From: Bigelowiella natans CCMP2755
Taxonomy: Eukaryota; Protista; Cercozoa
Direction of reading: 5' to 3'
Length of the DNA stretch: 64,000 bases
NCBI GenBank assembly: GCA_000320545.1
Contig: ADNK01002953.1
Coordinates: 1 to 64,000, forward strand
Shown: piece by piece, positions 36,784-47,426 of the stretch
How positions within the stretch are numbered: position 1 is the stretch's first letter
Layout of the letters: each line of letters starts with the position of its first letter
Position numbers and translations under genes: made by a program
Notes under the pieces: model-generated
Databases searched by the model: none
What the model was told of the DNA's origin: nothing
Seen by the model: only the letters and a program-made list of their open reading frames with translations

Positions 36784-39641
36784 AGTAACTGCGTATTTTT
36801 GGTCGTAGAGCGGAGGGTTTTAGTCCAATAAACGACTCAACTCACAAGGCCTATTAAACACCACATTCCACAATGGCTAAATGCTGTGAAACTTACGTAA
36901 ATTAGGATAATGAGGCCAAAGATATCCATCTCGTTACTAAGGCGGAGATGAAGCTATCGAGGGATATGTTGGAGAAAATCCAAGTCTCCGTTGAGGATCT
37001 TGTCAAGGGCCTATTCGTCTCCGCCAACACCAAACATTTGTTCAAAATGAGTGTGGATTCAATCAGTGCTCTTACCAAGGATGAGCTGTCTCTAGCAATG
37101 AGTAAACTGAAGGACATTGGCAATGGCGTGAATAGCTTAACTGAAATCGTAGGCCGCATTTTGAATATAGTAAACAGAACCACTGAGCATGCAGGAGAAC
37201 TCAAGTCGAAAACTGCAAGTCAGGTTCCTGAAGATGCCTTCGAGGTGCAAGAAGAGGGCAATGAAGATAAGCAAATTCCATGTTGCTACGCTTCGGCCAC
37301 CACAGAATATGATTCAATTTACATTCTGAACGACAATCAAGACTATGCAAACTGTGTCTCGGACTCCAAAAACCCATTACGTTCTGCCACACAAAAAAGT
37401 GATTCGCTATGCATTCTGAAAGACAGCCAAGAATATGCTAATTGTGCATCGGTCTCCGAAAAACTCTCACATTCTGCCACAAATAAAAATAATTCCATGC
37501 GCATTCTGAACGACAACCAAGAACGCATGAATTGTGTTCCGGACTCCAAAACTTCAAATCATGATAAGAGTTTGGATGAGCAATTCATTTTTGACGAATC
37601 GAACATTAAAGTGGTGAAGGAACTCGGAAGAGGAAATTTTGCAACGACCCACAGTGTTGTGCTGATGTCAGACGAAGGAAAGGGCACCAAGGCAGCCTGG
37701 AAGGTTCTGAAGACGGATAAGGGAAATGCAGATGTTGAAGAGTCAAAGAAAGAGACCATGTTTTTAATGATGGTAGGCGGCCAAGAAAACATCATGAGAT
37801 TCATCGGGATCACTCTCAATGCGGAGAAAGGCAATCTGGGTTTTCTTACTGAGATGTGCGAGAGGGGGAGTTTGGATACGCTCCACCACACATTTGATCT
37901 CCTGGAACCGAACAGGTTCTGGAAAATAGTGACTGGCGTGTTTCTTGGACTAATGCATCTCCATCTTTTCAAAATAGTACATAGGGACATTGCATGCAGA
38001 AACATTCTCATTGGCGGAGACTGGACTCCAAAGTTGTCCGATTTTGGTCTGTCTGTGCGTGCTCCGAGCGGGAAGCATGTGGGCAAAGTTAATGAGAAGC
38101 TTCCAGTGTTTTGGATGTCTCCTGAAGCTTTGTTAGAAAGAACTTTCACTTACAAATCTGACGTGTGGGCAGCAGGCGTGATGGTGTGGGAGATTTTGTG
38201 GAAAGGGAAAAAACCATACATCGATGACTGGGAAAAAATGTCACAGTCGAATAATTTGACAATGCGTGACGCAATGCGCCATGTTCTTGATGGAATTGTG
38301 TCGAAAAAGATCCGACTCCTTCCTCCTCCTAACACATCGCCAGAATGTGCCAATTTGCTCAGATCGTGCTTGGCGTTTGCTCCCAGCTTTCGTCCAGATG
38401 CGTTTGAAGTCCTCGAGCACTTGGTCCTTGGAGACTCGAAGTCCAACGTTCCGGGAGGGTTGCAATCCATCGAGGAGCATGGAACCAATGCGATGAAGTC
38501 GGAAAAGTCAAGAAGGGCAAAATCCGCAATCATATCCGGTGCGATCTACAAATCGTCCAGAAAAAGGATTTCCCTGAAGTTGCACAGAAAGGGGCTCTCT
38601 GAGGTCCCAGGGTTCAAACTGATGGAGATTGGCAAGTTCGCGAAGCTGGTTGAGTTGGGCTTGAATCAGAACCAGCTCACTTCAATTCCGGCGGAGATCG
38701 GGAATCTGGCAGAGGTGATGTTTTTGTATTTGTATCAGAACCAGCTCACTTCGATTCCGGCGGAGATCGGAAACCTGACGGAGCTTAAGGAGTTGAACCT
38801 GAATCAAAACCAGCTCACTTCGCTTCCGGCGGAGATCGGGAAGCTGACGGAGCTCGAGATATTGGGGTTGTATGAGAACAAGTTGGTCTCGCTTCCGGCG
38901 GAGATCGGAAAGCTGACAAAGTTGAGCGAATTGTGTTTGATTGAAAACCAGCTCACTTCGCTTCCGGCTGAGATTGGGAACCTGAGGAGGCTGAAGGAGT
39001 TGATGGTGCGTCACAACCAGCTCACTTCACTTCCGGCGGAGATCGGCAAGCTGACGTGGCTGGAGATGTTGCCTTTGTATCGGAACCAGCTCACTTCACT
39101 TCCGGCGGAGATCGGCAAGCTGACGAAGCTGGACAGTTTGCTTTTGTACCAGAACCAGCTCACTTCACTTCCGGCGGAGATCGGCAAGCTGACGAATCTG
39201 GACAGTTTGCTTTTGCACCAGAACAAGCTCACTTCACTTCCGGCGGAGATCGGGAAGCTAACGAAGCTGCAGTGTTTGAACTTGAATGAGAACCAGCTCA
39301 ATTCAATTCCGGCGGAGATCGGCAAGCTGACGAATCTGGACAGTTTGCTTTTGCACCAGAACAAGCTCACTTCACTTCCGGCGGAGATCGGGAAGCTAAC
39401 GAAGCTGCAGTGTTTGAACTTGAATGAGAACCAGCTCAATTCAATTCCGGCGGAGATCGGAAAGCTGACGGAACTCAAGGAGTTGAACTTGAACAAAAAC
39501 CAGCTCACTTCGGTTCCGGCGGAGATCGGGAAGCTGACGAAACTGAGGAATTTGCATTTCAAGGAGAACAAGCTGACTTCGATCCCAGCGGAGATTGAAC
39601 AATTTTTGAAATTGAGGGCCTCGTCGACCAACAACAGTTGA
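36010..39641 (+). CDS. Cytoplasmic tyrosine-kinase-like protein with 14 C-terminal 23-aa leucine-rich repeats
   Basis: Exons 36010-36067, 36425-36477, 36906-39641. Kinase motifs LGRGNFA, AAWK, HRDIACRN, DFGLS, KLPVFWMSPEAL, KSDVW, GKKPY. LRRs LxxLxLxxNQLTSLPAEIG. No signal peptide or TM segment. Confidence 0.93.
37311..37550 (+). repeat. About 2.7 copies of a 90-bp (30-aa) coding repeat N-terminal to the kinase
   Basis: DSIYILNDNQDYANCVSDSK / DSLCILKDSQEYANCASVSE / NSMRILNDNQERMNCVPDSK. Confidence 0.85.
38634..39599 (+). repeat. 14 x 69-bp LRR-coding tandem array
   Basis: Units start every 69 bp from 38634. Units 9-10 (39186-39323) and 11-12 (39324-39461) are identical except for the last base. 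Confidence 0.95.
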
Positions 39642-40280
39642 GGTTGGAAATGCGTCCTTTTGGCAAAGAAGACTTATGTACCGTTGTGCGTTCTTGCTGC
39701 ATGTTGGGATGACGACAACGACAACAACAGCACCAACTACTACGTACTACGACGACGACAGCTACTACTACTACTATCACTACTACTACAACTGCTGCTG
39801 CCTACAACTTCTTCTTCTTCTCCTTCTTCTTCTTCTTCTTCTTCTTCTTCTTCTGCTGCTGCTGCGACATGTTGATATGTTGCATTGGACGACGCACCCA
39901 ACAGCGTATTGGTGGCGGTGCGGCAGCATCATGTGAGGTGTGGATCAAACTGCGGTATTTTCCATCCGTTGTTTCGAGTCGGGGGTTAACGCTGATGATG
40001 AGGAAAACAAGCAGATGCAAAGCAATGGTGAGAACCTAATCCAGCTGCTTGTTGTAGCGGTGAACATTGCCAAGCTCCGTCCCTCTCTTTTTACTCTTTG
40101 GCACAAACGACACATGCTGGTTTTTGATTGCTACTGTTCTTGTGCCTTGCCCTTTTCTCAACGTGGCGATTCTAAACAACTTCGCACCACCACCTCCACC
40201 ACCTACTATCTCGTCGTCCTTGTTGAGATGTCATTTGTGATACTGGAGAGGCAAGCAGTGGTAGTTCAATAATGAAGTGA

Positions 40281-40740
40281 GGGGAGGGAGGGGAAGGATG
40301 TTGCTAGGTTGCGCTGCGAAGCGCGCTGGCATGGAGCACGTGCAATTTTGTGTGATCTGGCATGCAAACAATCAAGCAAGCCCCGGCACCAGCCAAAGGG
40401 AACTGCACATGCATTGTTCAATGATCGCATCTGATCGCATCTGATCGCATCTGATCGCAATCCACACGATTTTGATGCTCGGTAATCATGATGAAATCGC
40501 AAGATTGTGCGCACAAAACCAGACAAAGAGAGCATGCAGCGTTCTGGCAGCAGATCTAGGCTCATTTTGTCAGAGCTAGAGAGAAATTCAAGCCGCTGGT
40601 CCCAACACATCGATCGGCAGCCGGACTAGCGGGGATTTCGCGAGAACTTCCAAAAGTTGTAGTTTCTCTGAAAATGCTTTCGCAGCTTCATGTTGATGGG
40701 ACGTGCTAGATCGCACACTCCATTGCACAGCCAACACATG
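40281..40740. other. TpA-depleted block with (TGATCGCATC)x4
   Basis: Hand count: 7 TA in 460 bp (5 CTAG, 1 GTAG, 1 GTAA); 10-bp tandem repeat at 40422-40459. Confidence 0.75.
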
Positions 40741-40824
40741 CCCATTAGATGCATGCGGATTACAGTCCAAGATTTGCATCATTCATCAGTTAGACCGCCG
40801 GCCGTGAACATTTTCGGCATCAAA

Positions 40825-42572
40825 TCATTGCAAATCTTGCTTATAACGTTGCTTAATATCATGCTCTTCACCAGTTTCCGGGTCTATGAATTTCATGTTC
40901 TCCGGGGGCTCTAGCGGTAGTCCCTCCTCGGCACGTCGCTTCTGTCTTTCTGCATGTTCCATCAATTCAGCTTCCAGGCTTCCTTCTACTGGCGCCCCCT
41001 CGTTACCAACGGCAAAATCCTCATTTAACCAATCTACATTCTTGAAATTAATGGGAGCATTGACTGTAACTGCAGGTGTCTCCAGGAGAACAGTTTCGAG
41101 GAGCTGTATTGATGGGCTTTGCCTAAAGGCATCCGATTTAAGCAGATTGGAGATGAAATTAGCGTATCTCTCTTCCCGCCAATGCTCTCTCTCCGCCATC
41201 TCAAAGTACCTACGAAGGTAAAATCAGTATGGATATTTCGGCGGAATGCATACGAGAAAAAATAGACGACTGAGGCATATTGTAGGTTCACTGCCGTCTC
41301 TAATTTACGAAGAAACCTGGTGGGTACTGCGTTCCATATGCACATATACCCATTATTTTCCCAACTTTTATGTACATATCGTCTATGCGAATTTTGTATC
41401 ACTACTCTTCAGCAGAGCGCCAGAACTTTATAGCCACGTATGTCTCCCCCAGATTCATGTCATCATCCGGCCTTGGAAGACACAACAATGTGGTTGAGCA
41501 GTCAGGCACAAATATCAGAATTATACTACGTTGATAAACATTCGATACCTTATATATTCTTTGAGTAGGATAGTTCTTATGTGGCCGCTATATTCGTTTA
41601 CGCACTGCGTCACGGCATGATCGAGATAGGGCTGAAGGAAATACTCTGTCCCATTCCTGACCGGATTTATGCGATATTGCTCGTAACTTACAAATGGTGG
41701 CACCTGGTACCTAATATTGGATCAACAAAGGCACTTCATTCAGTTCGTCAAACTTACTCATATTGATTTGCACGAATGCGTCGTCGTTATCATAATAATA
41801 ATAATAATATCAGTAAGAGACGATTGCAGCAAATACGACTTAACTATTTCACAATTTCGATTTTTGGCCAGTGCACTCACTCGAGTGCCAATGCGTCCGG
41901 AGATTCTATCCACTGCACGGGCCGATATATGCGCGCCCCCTGCGGGACATTGAGCTCACGAGCACGGGTGACATCAGCGGGGAGTTTTTCAAGGTCGAAA
42001 TCTAGGCTGGCTGGATTCCGTAGGAACTTCACACCAGCTTCCATCGACCCCCACTCAGAGATCATCATGTAAAGGCTGCTTGTGCTACTTCTCAACATCA
42101 TTAGCTTGCGAAAATGATCCAACCCTCGCGCTGTTTTCTTGGCAGGCAGCATGCGTTCAAATTCTTCGCTTGCCCGAAGGCTTGGCTCCAGGATCTTGTA
42201 GTGAATTACCACGGCAGCGGGAATGCGTTCGTCGGGTTTGAGTATTTCCGATGGCTGGGAGTCTTGGTCACGATGCCCAAAGAACCCCCCTTCGATCCCC
42301 TGGGAGCTTGTACCGCAGAGATAGCGGCTTGCTTCAACTGACGAGCTGCGAGGTGATCGCTGCCCAATTGAAATTGGGAGAAGACGGCGACTAACCAATC
42401 TGGGGGATCGTGACCGGACAGCTTGCCCCGTGTCAGACTTCAACGCCACTAGCCCCAGAATAATCAGAAATATCAACATTTGAAACGAGATGAGCACAAG
42501 CGAACAGTTGCGGCTTTTTGTTGTTGAAGCCAGTTTTCCCACTGGTGCAGAAGTATACGAGAATGTGATCAT
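40825..42572 (-). CDS. Protein with bipartite plastid-targeting-like leader and two ABM-like (dimeric alpha/beta barrel) domains
   Basis: Hydrophobic LVLISFQMLIFLIILGLVAL followed by an R/S-rich stretch. First domain HYKILEP...EEFERML...GLDHFRKLMMLRS...YMMISEWGSMEAG. Second domain YRINPVRNGTEYF...ETYVAIKFWRSAE. Last exon ends KQRYKQDLQ* at 40825. Confidence 0.6.
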
Positions 42573-42900
42573 ATGCCGTTACGCCTTTTAGGGCGTATTA
42601 GGGAAGGTGAAAAGGTCAACGGACGCAGGACAGGATCCACAGGACACTAGCCATATCTATCATGTTTCGGGCATCCTCCTCAGTGGCACCATCGCTGGGC
42701 TCGGAAGTGTGAGACAGCAGCTGATGTGATCCGAAGACAAAACATGCCTACGACATGCATAGGATAAGGGAGAAATCGACTGCGTTTTGAGATTACGACA
42801 AAACCATTTTCAAACTTGTAAATGTCCGCCGCCCAGTGCATCGTGTGGACACAGCGTTCAGGAAGTTCCTGCTCAGTTTGGATGCCTTGCGCCGTATACG

Positions 42901-43600
42901 CCACGTTGCTGCTAGCTGCATTGTCTCACAGTAGCTAGATTGCACCAATTTGAAAAATCCTGCTAGCTCACCAGTCAAAGCCCTCACTGAAGCCAGTTCG
43001 AGGCACTGCGTTTCGCACACTGCAAGTGTCTTGCAACACTTTGGAAATGCAGTGCATCATCATTGTTCATTGTTCATGGCCAGTGCTGGTGAAGCACCAC
43101 TGTGCAAGGATGTTGCGTTGTCTGTTCACGTGCACAGCTAGACAGCAACGAAACCCTGACTTGGCCGCGTCGAACACAGCGTGTGTGCATGACATGCGTG
43201 ATGCGTGTCTGCTTGCGCCACGGACAGGACACAGGACACAGCTGCACAGTGCACTCGCATCAACGCGCATGTCAGGCGGGTTGTGCCTTTGTTGCTTGCA
43301 CGCACGCACGCACACACACACACACACACACACGTTGCACACACGTCACGAGACGGGCAGATCGATGTCTGTGAGTGAGTGAGTGTGTGTGTTTGTGTTT
43401 GAACGAACGGTGTGCGTGATCAATGTGGACATCAGCTTCTGCATGATTCTGTTGTGATTGCATAGCTAGCAATGTGTGTGCATGACGCGCATGTTCTCAA
43501 TGTGTGAATGTTTGTGTGTGCACGCGAGGCTCGGAAAGATGTTGCGCGCGCCGACAAGACGAATGCCATGATGCGTGCTTTGACCTCTCCAAATGAACTG
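42901..43600. other. TpA-depleted intergenic block
   Basis: Hand count: 7 TA in 700 bp, all TAG (5 CTAG). Confidence 0.88.
42935..43077 (+). mobile_element. Retroposon-like family A 3' end with CATCAT/(CATTGTT)n tail
   Basis: Reverse-complement match to 8920-9040 and 9126-9260 (CTCACTGAAGC.AGTTCGAGGCA.TGCGTTTCG...TTTGGAAATG). Confidence 0.65.
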
Positions 43601-43703
43601 CATTTTAATTGTACGTACAGAAATTTGAATACGAGTCTTAGGTCTGCTACGTTTATATTGTACGCTGCTGTGTTCTAGGTCCGTATGGACGAACCCATAG
43701 ATT

Positions 43704-46605
43704 TCATTCAATTTTCTTACTGCTAACCTTGTCCGCGCGTGGGTTTCGCAGCGTGCCCCAGAGCCAGTCACACAGGATCAGATATTGACCTGAATGAGCA
43801 GGAGAGAAAATGAGAAAAAGAAGAGAGAGAGACAGAGAGAGAGAGAGTACGTGTGCGTGTGCATCAAAGTAAATATCCGCTCATTTTTGTCGCTGCCAGT
43901 CACTGCCAATGTCAACATCACACTGGTACCACTGTAGGTCATCACACACCATCTCGCAAATCGCTTTCCCTCCTTTTTATCAACATCTCTTTCTCTCTAT
44001 CTCTCCCCCTCGCATTCTCCTACCGACCATAGTTGACTTTGTAGTGCGTATGATGCACGGTGTGGTACTTGGAGCCCTGAGATACGGAGGACAAAAAATG
44101 GAACGCACCGAAATGAGGAATCGTTCTAAAATCCTGCAGCAAATGCGATAACCAGCACACATGTTTTTATGATTTTACCATGATAGGCTCCGTGTTACCA
44201 ACCAAGCAATCATGGATGTTAGTAGCCCAGATCTTGGCAACAAGCAGAGCAGCAACAACAAATACAGCAATTTTAGGGTTGTGGATAGGACGAATATTCA
44301 TGAGAAGAAGTTGTCGAAGGAGTAGCGTAAATTGCCTTCAACAAAGATATTACACACTAATAAGTCACCCCCTCCCCCCCCCCCCTCCCCCCCTTTTGTA
44401 CTAGTAGCGTGAGGGTTCAAGGTTCATTACCGCTGTGCAGAAAAGCATGGCGAAGTGGGTGATGTAGTGGATCGGCCAGAACAACATCACTATCGTGTAA
44501 GGACAGGCCTACAAGGATGAGGAGGATTCACGGAAGAGGGTGAGAGACAATGGTTGATGATGGTTCCAGTAAGATGTCGGCAGTAACAAGAAGAACAATA
44601 ATTATAGAAACTAGTCGTATTTTCTCAAGGCCCAAGATAATTATCATGTTAGAGGTGCTTCTTTCTTCATGACTCAAGAAGTACAGTGGAAGCCTACCTG
44701 CAAAATGCCATCCAGAGGGTTGAATGCGATGGATGCCCTTAGGAACAAAATTACCATCACCGCTAATGCCATATATTTCGCTGCTACCATCATTTTCCTC
44801 CCCCAGTCTCGGGATGGGAAAAGAGGGTGAGTTCGTATAAACATGCATACATGTATGTGTATATTTTCAATTCATATAAATATAGAAAGGCTTGAATCAT
44901 CAGTCATCCTCAAGGCATCATCTCTACTCTATCTGTCCCAATTCGAGGAGCTCACTCACCAGGGGGAGAGCGTATCCGGTGTGTTGTACTTGTGATGAAG
45001 AGCGTGGATGTTCTGAAAGGAACAACGCACGACAGCGCAGCCAGCATGACGCACATGAGTAAATAGAGGGAAGAAGAGGGAAGAATTTTAGGAAGGAAAG
45101 GGAAGGAACACAGTACCCTGTACAAGAACTCGTTTTCGTGTAGAGTGCGATGCATCCAATAAATTCCGACCTAAGACGGGCATAAAGTTGAATCTAATAT
45201 CCGTTGTATCTGGGACAAGCGACGAAGGTGGGAGGGCAGACCAGACATAACTCAATAATTCCCAAGTCCTATTTTCTAGGCCAGCTTCGGGCCTTTCCCA
45301 CATATGCATATACTCTCTCTCTTATTTTCTCCATCGCACCTCGACGAGCAAGAAGTAAACTACAGTCATGACGATGTAGGCTCCGAGGCCACCGATTTCG
45401 GACAAATGCATGTAGCACTTTGTGTAGCCCTGGATGGGTGGGGGGGAATCGAATAAAGAGCAGGCATGGGAGGGGGTATTGAGATATAAATGAATGGTGG
45501 TGGTCGAATCACTAGTTTAACTTCCCTCTTTCCTAACACTTCGCTTCTCCCCCCCCTACACCCTCCTGACAAACCGATTCTATCAGCCATTCATCCAGGA
45601 CGGGCAAGCCAGCATAGAGAAATATTGACATTTGGGCGAGCATGATCTGCATCATCAAGTAAGAAGAGAATGCCAAGAGGGTGTTGCAAATGTATCATAT
45701 GAGAGGCTGGCTGACAGCAAACTTGGAAAAGCAAGAATGAGTAAGACTGATTTCTTCAGAAGGCCACCTGATCTAAGACTGAACCCTTTTTCTTTACGTC
45801 GCCACCTTTGAAAACCTGCACAGATTGGGCGAAAGAGAGAACGAGACAATCTCTTTACAGCCGACTACACCAATAAATCTAAAGGTGTGGTATATCGTCG
45901 TGATTCAATTGGTAACTACCTTCATGCCGATAACAGATTCAGACCTGGACACGAGCCATGTCCAGGAAAAACTGATAAATGACGAGATGTGAGGCTTATT
46001 TGTTGAGAGGAATGTCAAGTGTTGTATTAGAGAGGAAAGTACCCGAGTAAGTAATACAGAACCGTTGCAGCTGTGAGATTTCGAAGATATATCGTGATGA
46101 AGTAGCCTGCCCACATACGTTTGAGGATACGAATTAGCACCGGATATTGTCTATCAAATCACGTATATTGTTTTACCTATTTCCACGCCATATTGTCCTT
46201 CTGCCCAGTCAGCTACTCCATCGAGACCAATTAAGCTGTTCAGCCATCTGTACCAGTATTATTTGCATCAGGGTCAAGATTGCTTATGTCATTGATTATA
46301 CTCTCACTGCTGCATTTACACGCGCATTCCGACTAGAAACAGCAAGCCATGGTTAATGGTGTGCACCAACTTCAACTCTATCCAAAGTCGATTCAAAATT
46401 CTACGATTCCGTCAACCTGTTGAAGGTCCGGAACTCGTTCTCCTGCAGCTGCATGATGGGAACGGGTGGAGTTGGAATCTAACTCGATTATCTGGAGCAC
46501 ATATAGGAACAAAAATATAGATATTTTTACGGTGGATATCAGCCATGAGACCACTTCTCGGCCCCCGTGAAATTTGCAGGACATAATTTTTCTGCAGAGG
46601 ATCAT
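43704..46605 (-). CDS. ERG3: Delta7-sterol C5(6)-desaturase (ERG3/SC5D/DWF7 family); 5' end uncertain
   Basis: Spliced IMLAQMSIFLYAGLPVLDEWLIES|GYTKCYMHLSEIGGLGAYIVMTVVYFLLVE|VGIYWMHRTLHENEFLYR (45170-45117)|NIHALHHKYNTPDTLSPW|ASIAFNPLDGILQ|ACPYTIVMLFWPIHYITHFAMLFCTA|IWATNIHDCLVGNTEPIM|GSKYHTVHHTHYKVNYG|QYLILCDWLWGTLRNP, with three His boxes. Confidence 0.93.
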
Positions 46606-47426
46606 TCACGAGGAATATCGTATGAATAAAGTCTAGCGATTTTGCATTTGGCAGCTAAGCCCCAAGATATAACACGGGCGCAGGATGGGAAAATTGTCGT
46701 TAAAAATTATATACGACTAGCAAATACTCTCCTATAACAGAGGAAAAATCATGCATTTTATACCGTCGTTACTACAGATACCGCATTGCTGATCTGAGTC
46801 GATTATAACCAAGAGAAAATTTCCTCAGAATACAGGATTGAAACGTAATACATTTATTATCTACGACATCATGAAGTAACTCAATTAACAGATTCTCTCG
46901 CCTTTCCCCACAGTAACTTGAACGCCGTTAGAATTTTCACGCTTCTGGGCTTTGGCTTTCCTTTTTCACCCAAAACACAGGTGGTACGTATGTACATGAG
47001 GCCTCGTGGAGAGCCACAGAGCTTCTGCTTGTTTCAGAATATTTCTAGCATTCCGACAATTTGAAGCACCAACATTCTAAAATACGACGAGAGAAAAAAC
47101 CTACATGTCATAAATTTAGCCTTCTTTAATACCCTTTACATAAAGAAAAAATTATTCTGTATATCTTACGAATGTGATACTGCCAGACCGCGTAGTTCCA
47201 CGTGGTGGACGAGTCTATACTTTCGGAGCCCAGAGATGTGCCACATCGGTACCCAAGAAGAGGGCTCATTCTTTTTTTTTTCTCGCGAAAATCTCCAGAG
47301 ACGGTTGAGGTTTTCGACTTTGATTCGACCACCCGGTTCGGCCTTACCGAAAGGAGCGCAGGAAAATAAGCATGGATTTCGCCTAAGAGACGTACTCTCG
47401 CACTTTTTTTCTTAAATTTATCCCGG

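Noticed and set aside
36873-36905. In-frame ATG...TAG upstream of the kinase ORF suggesting stop readthrough
   Set aside because: The TAG is better explained as the splice acceptor of intron 2, with phase-consistent upstream exons.
38634-39599. Regular 69-bp repeats with variable middles resembling a CRISPR array or DGR cassette
   Set aside because: In-frame LRR coding units in a eukaryotic gene; no cas or reverse transcriptase gene in the window.
40422-40459. (TGATCGCATC)x4 as a telomere-like or regulatory array
   Set aside because: Short, single occurrence, no known telomeric motif; treated as a minisatellite or element tail.
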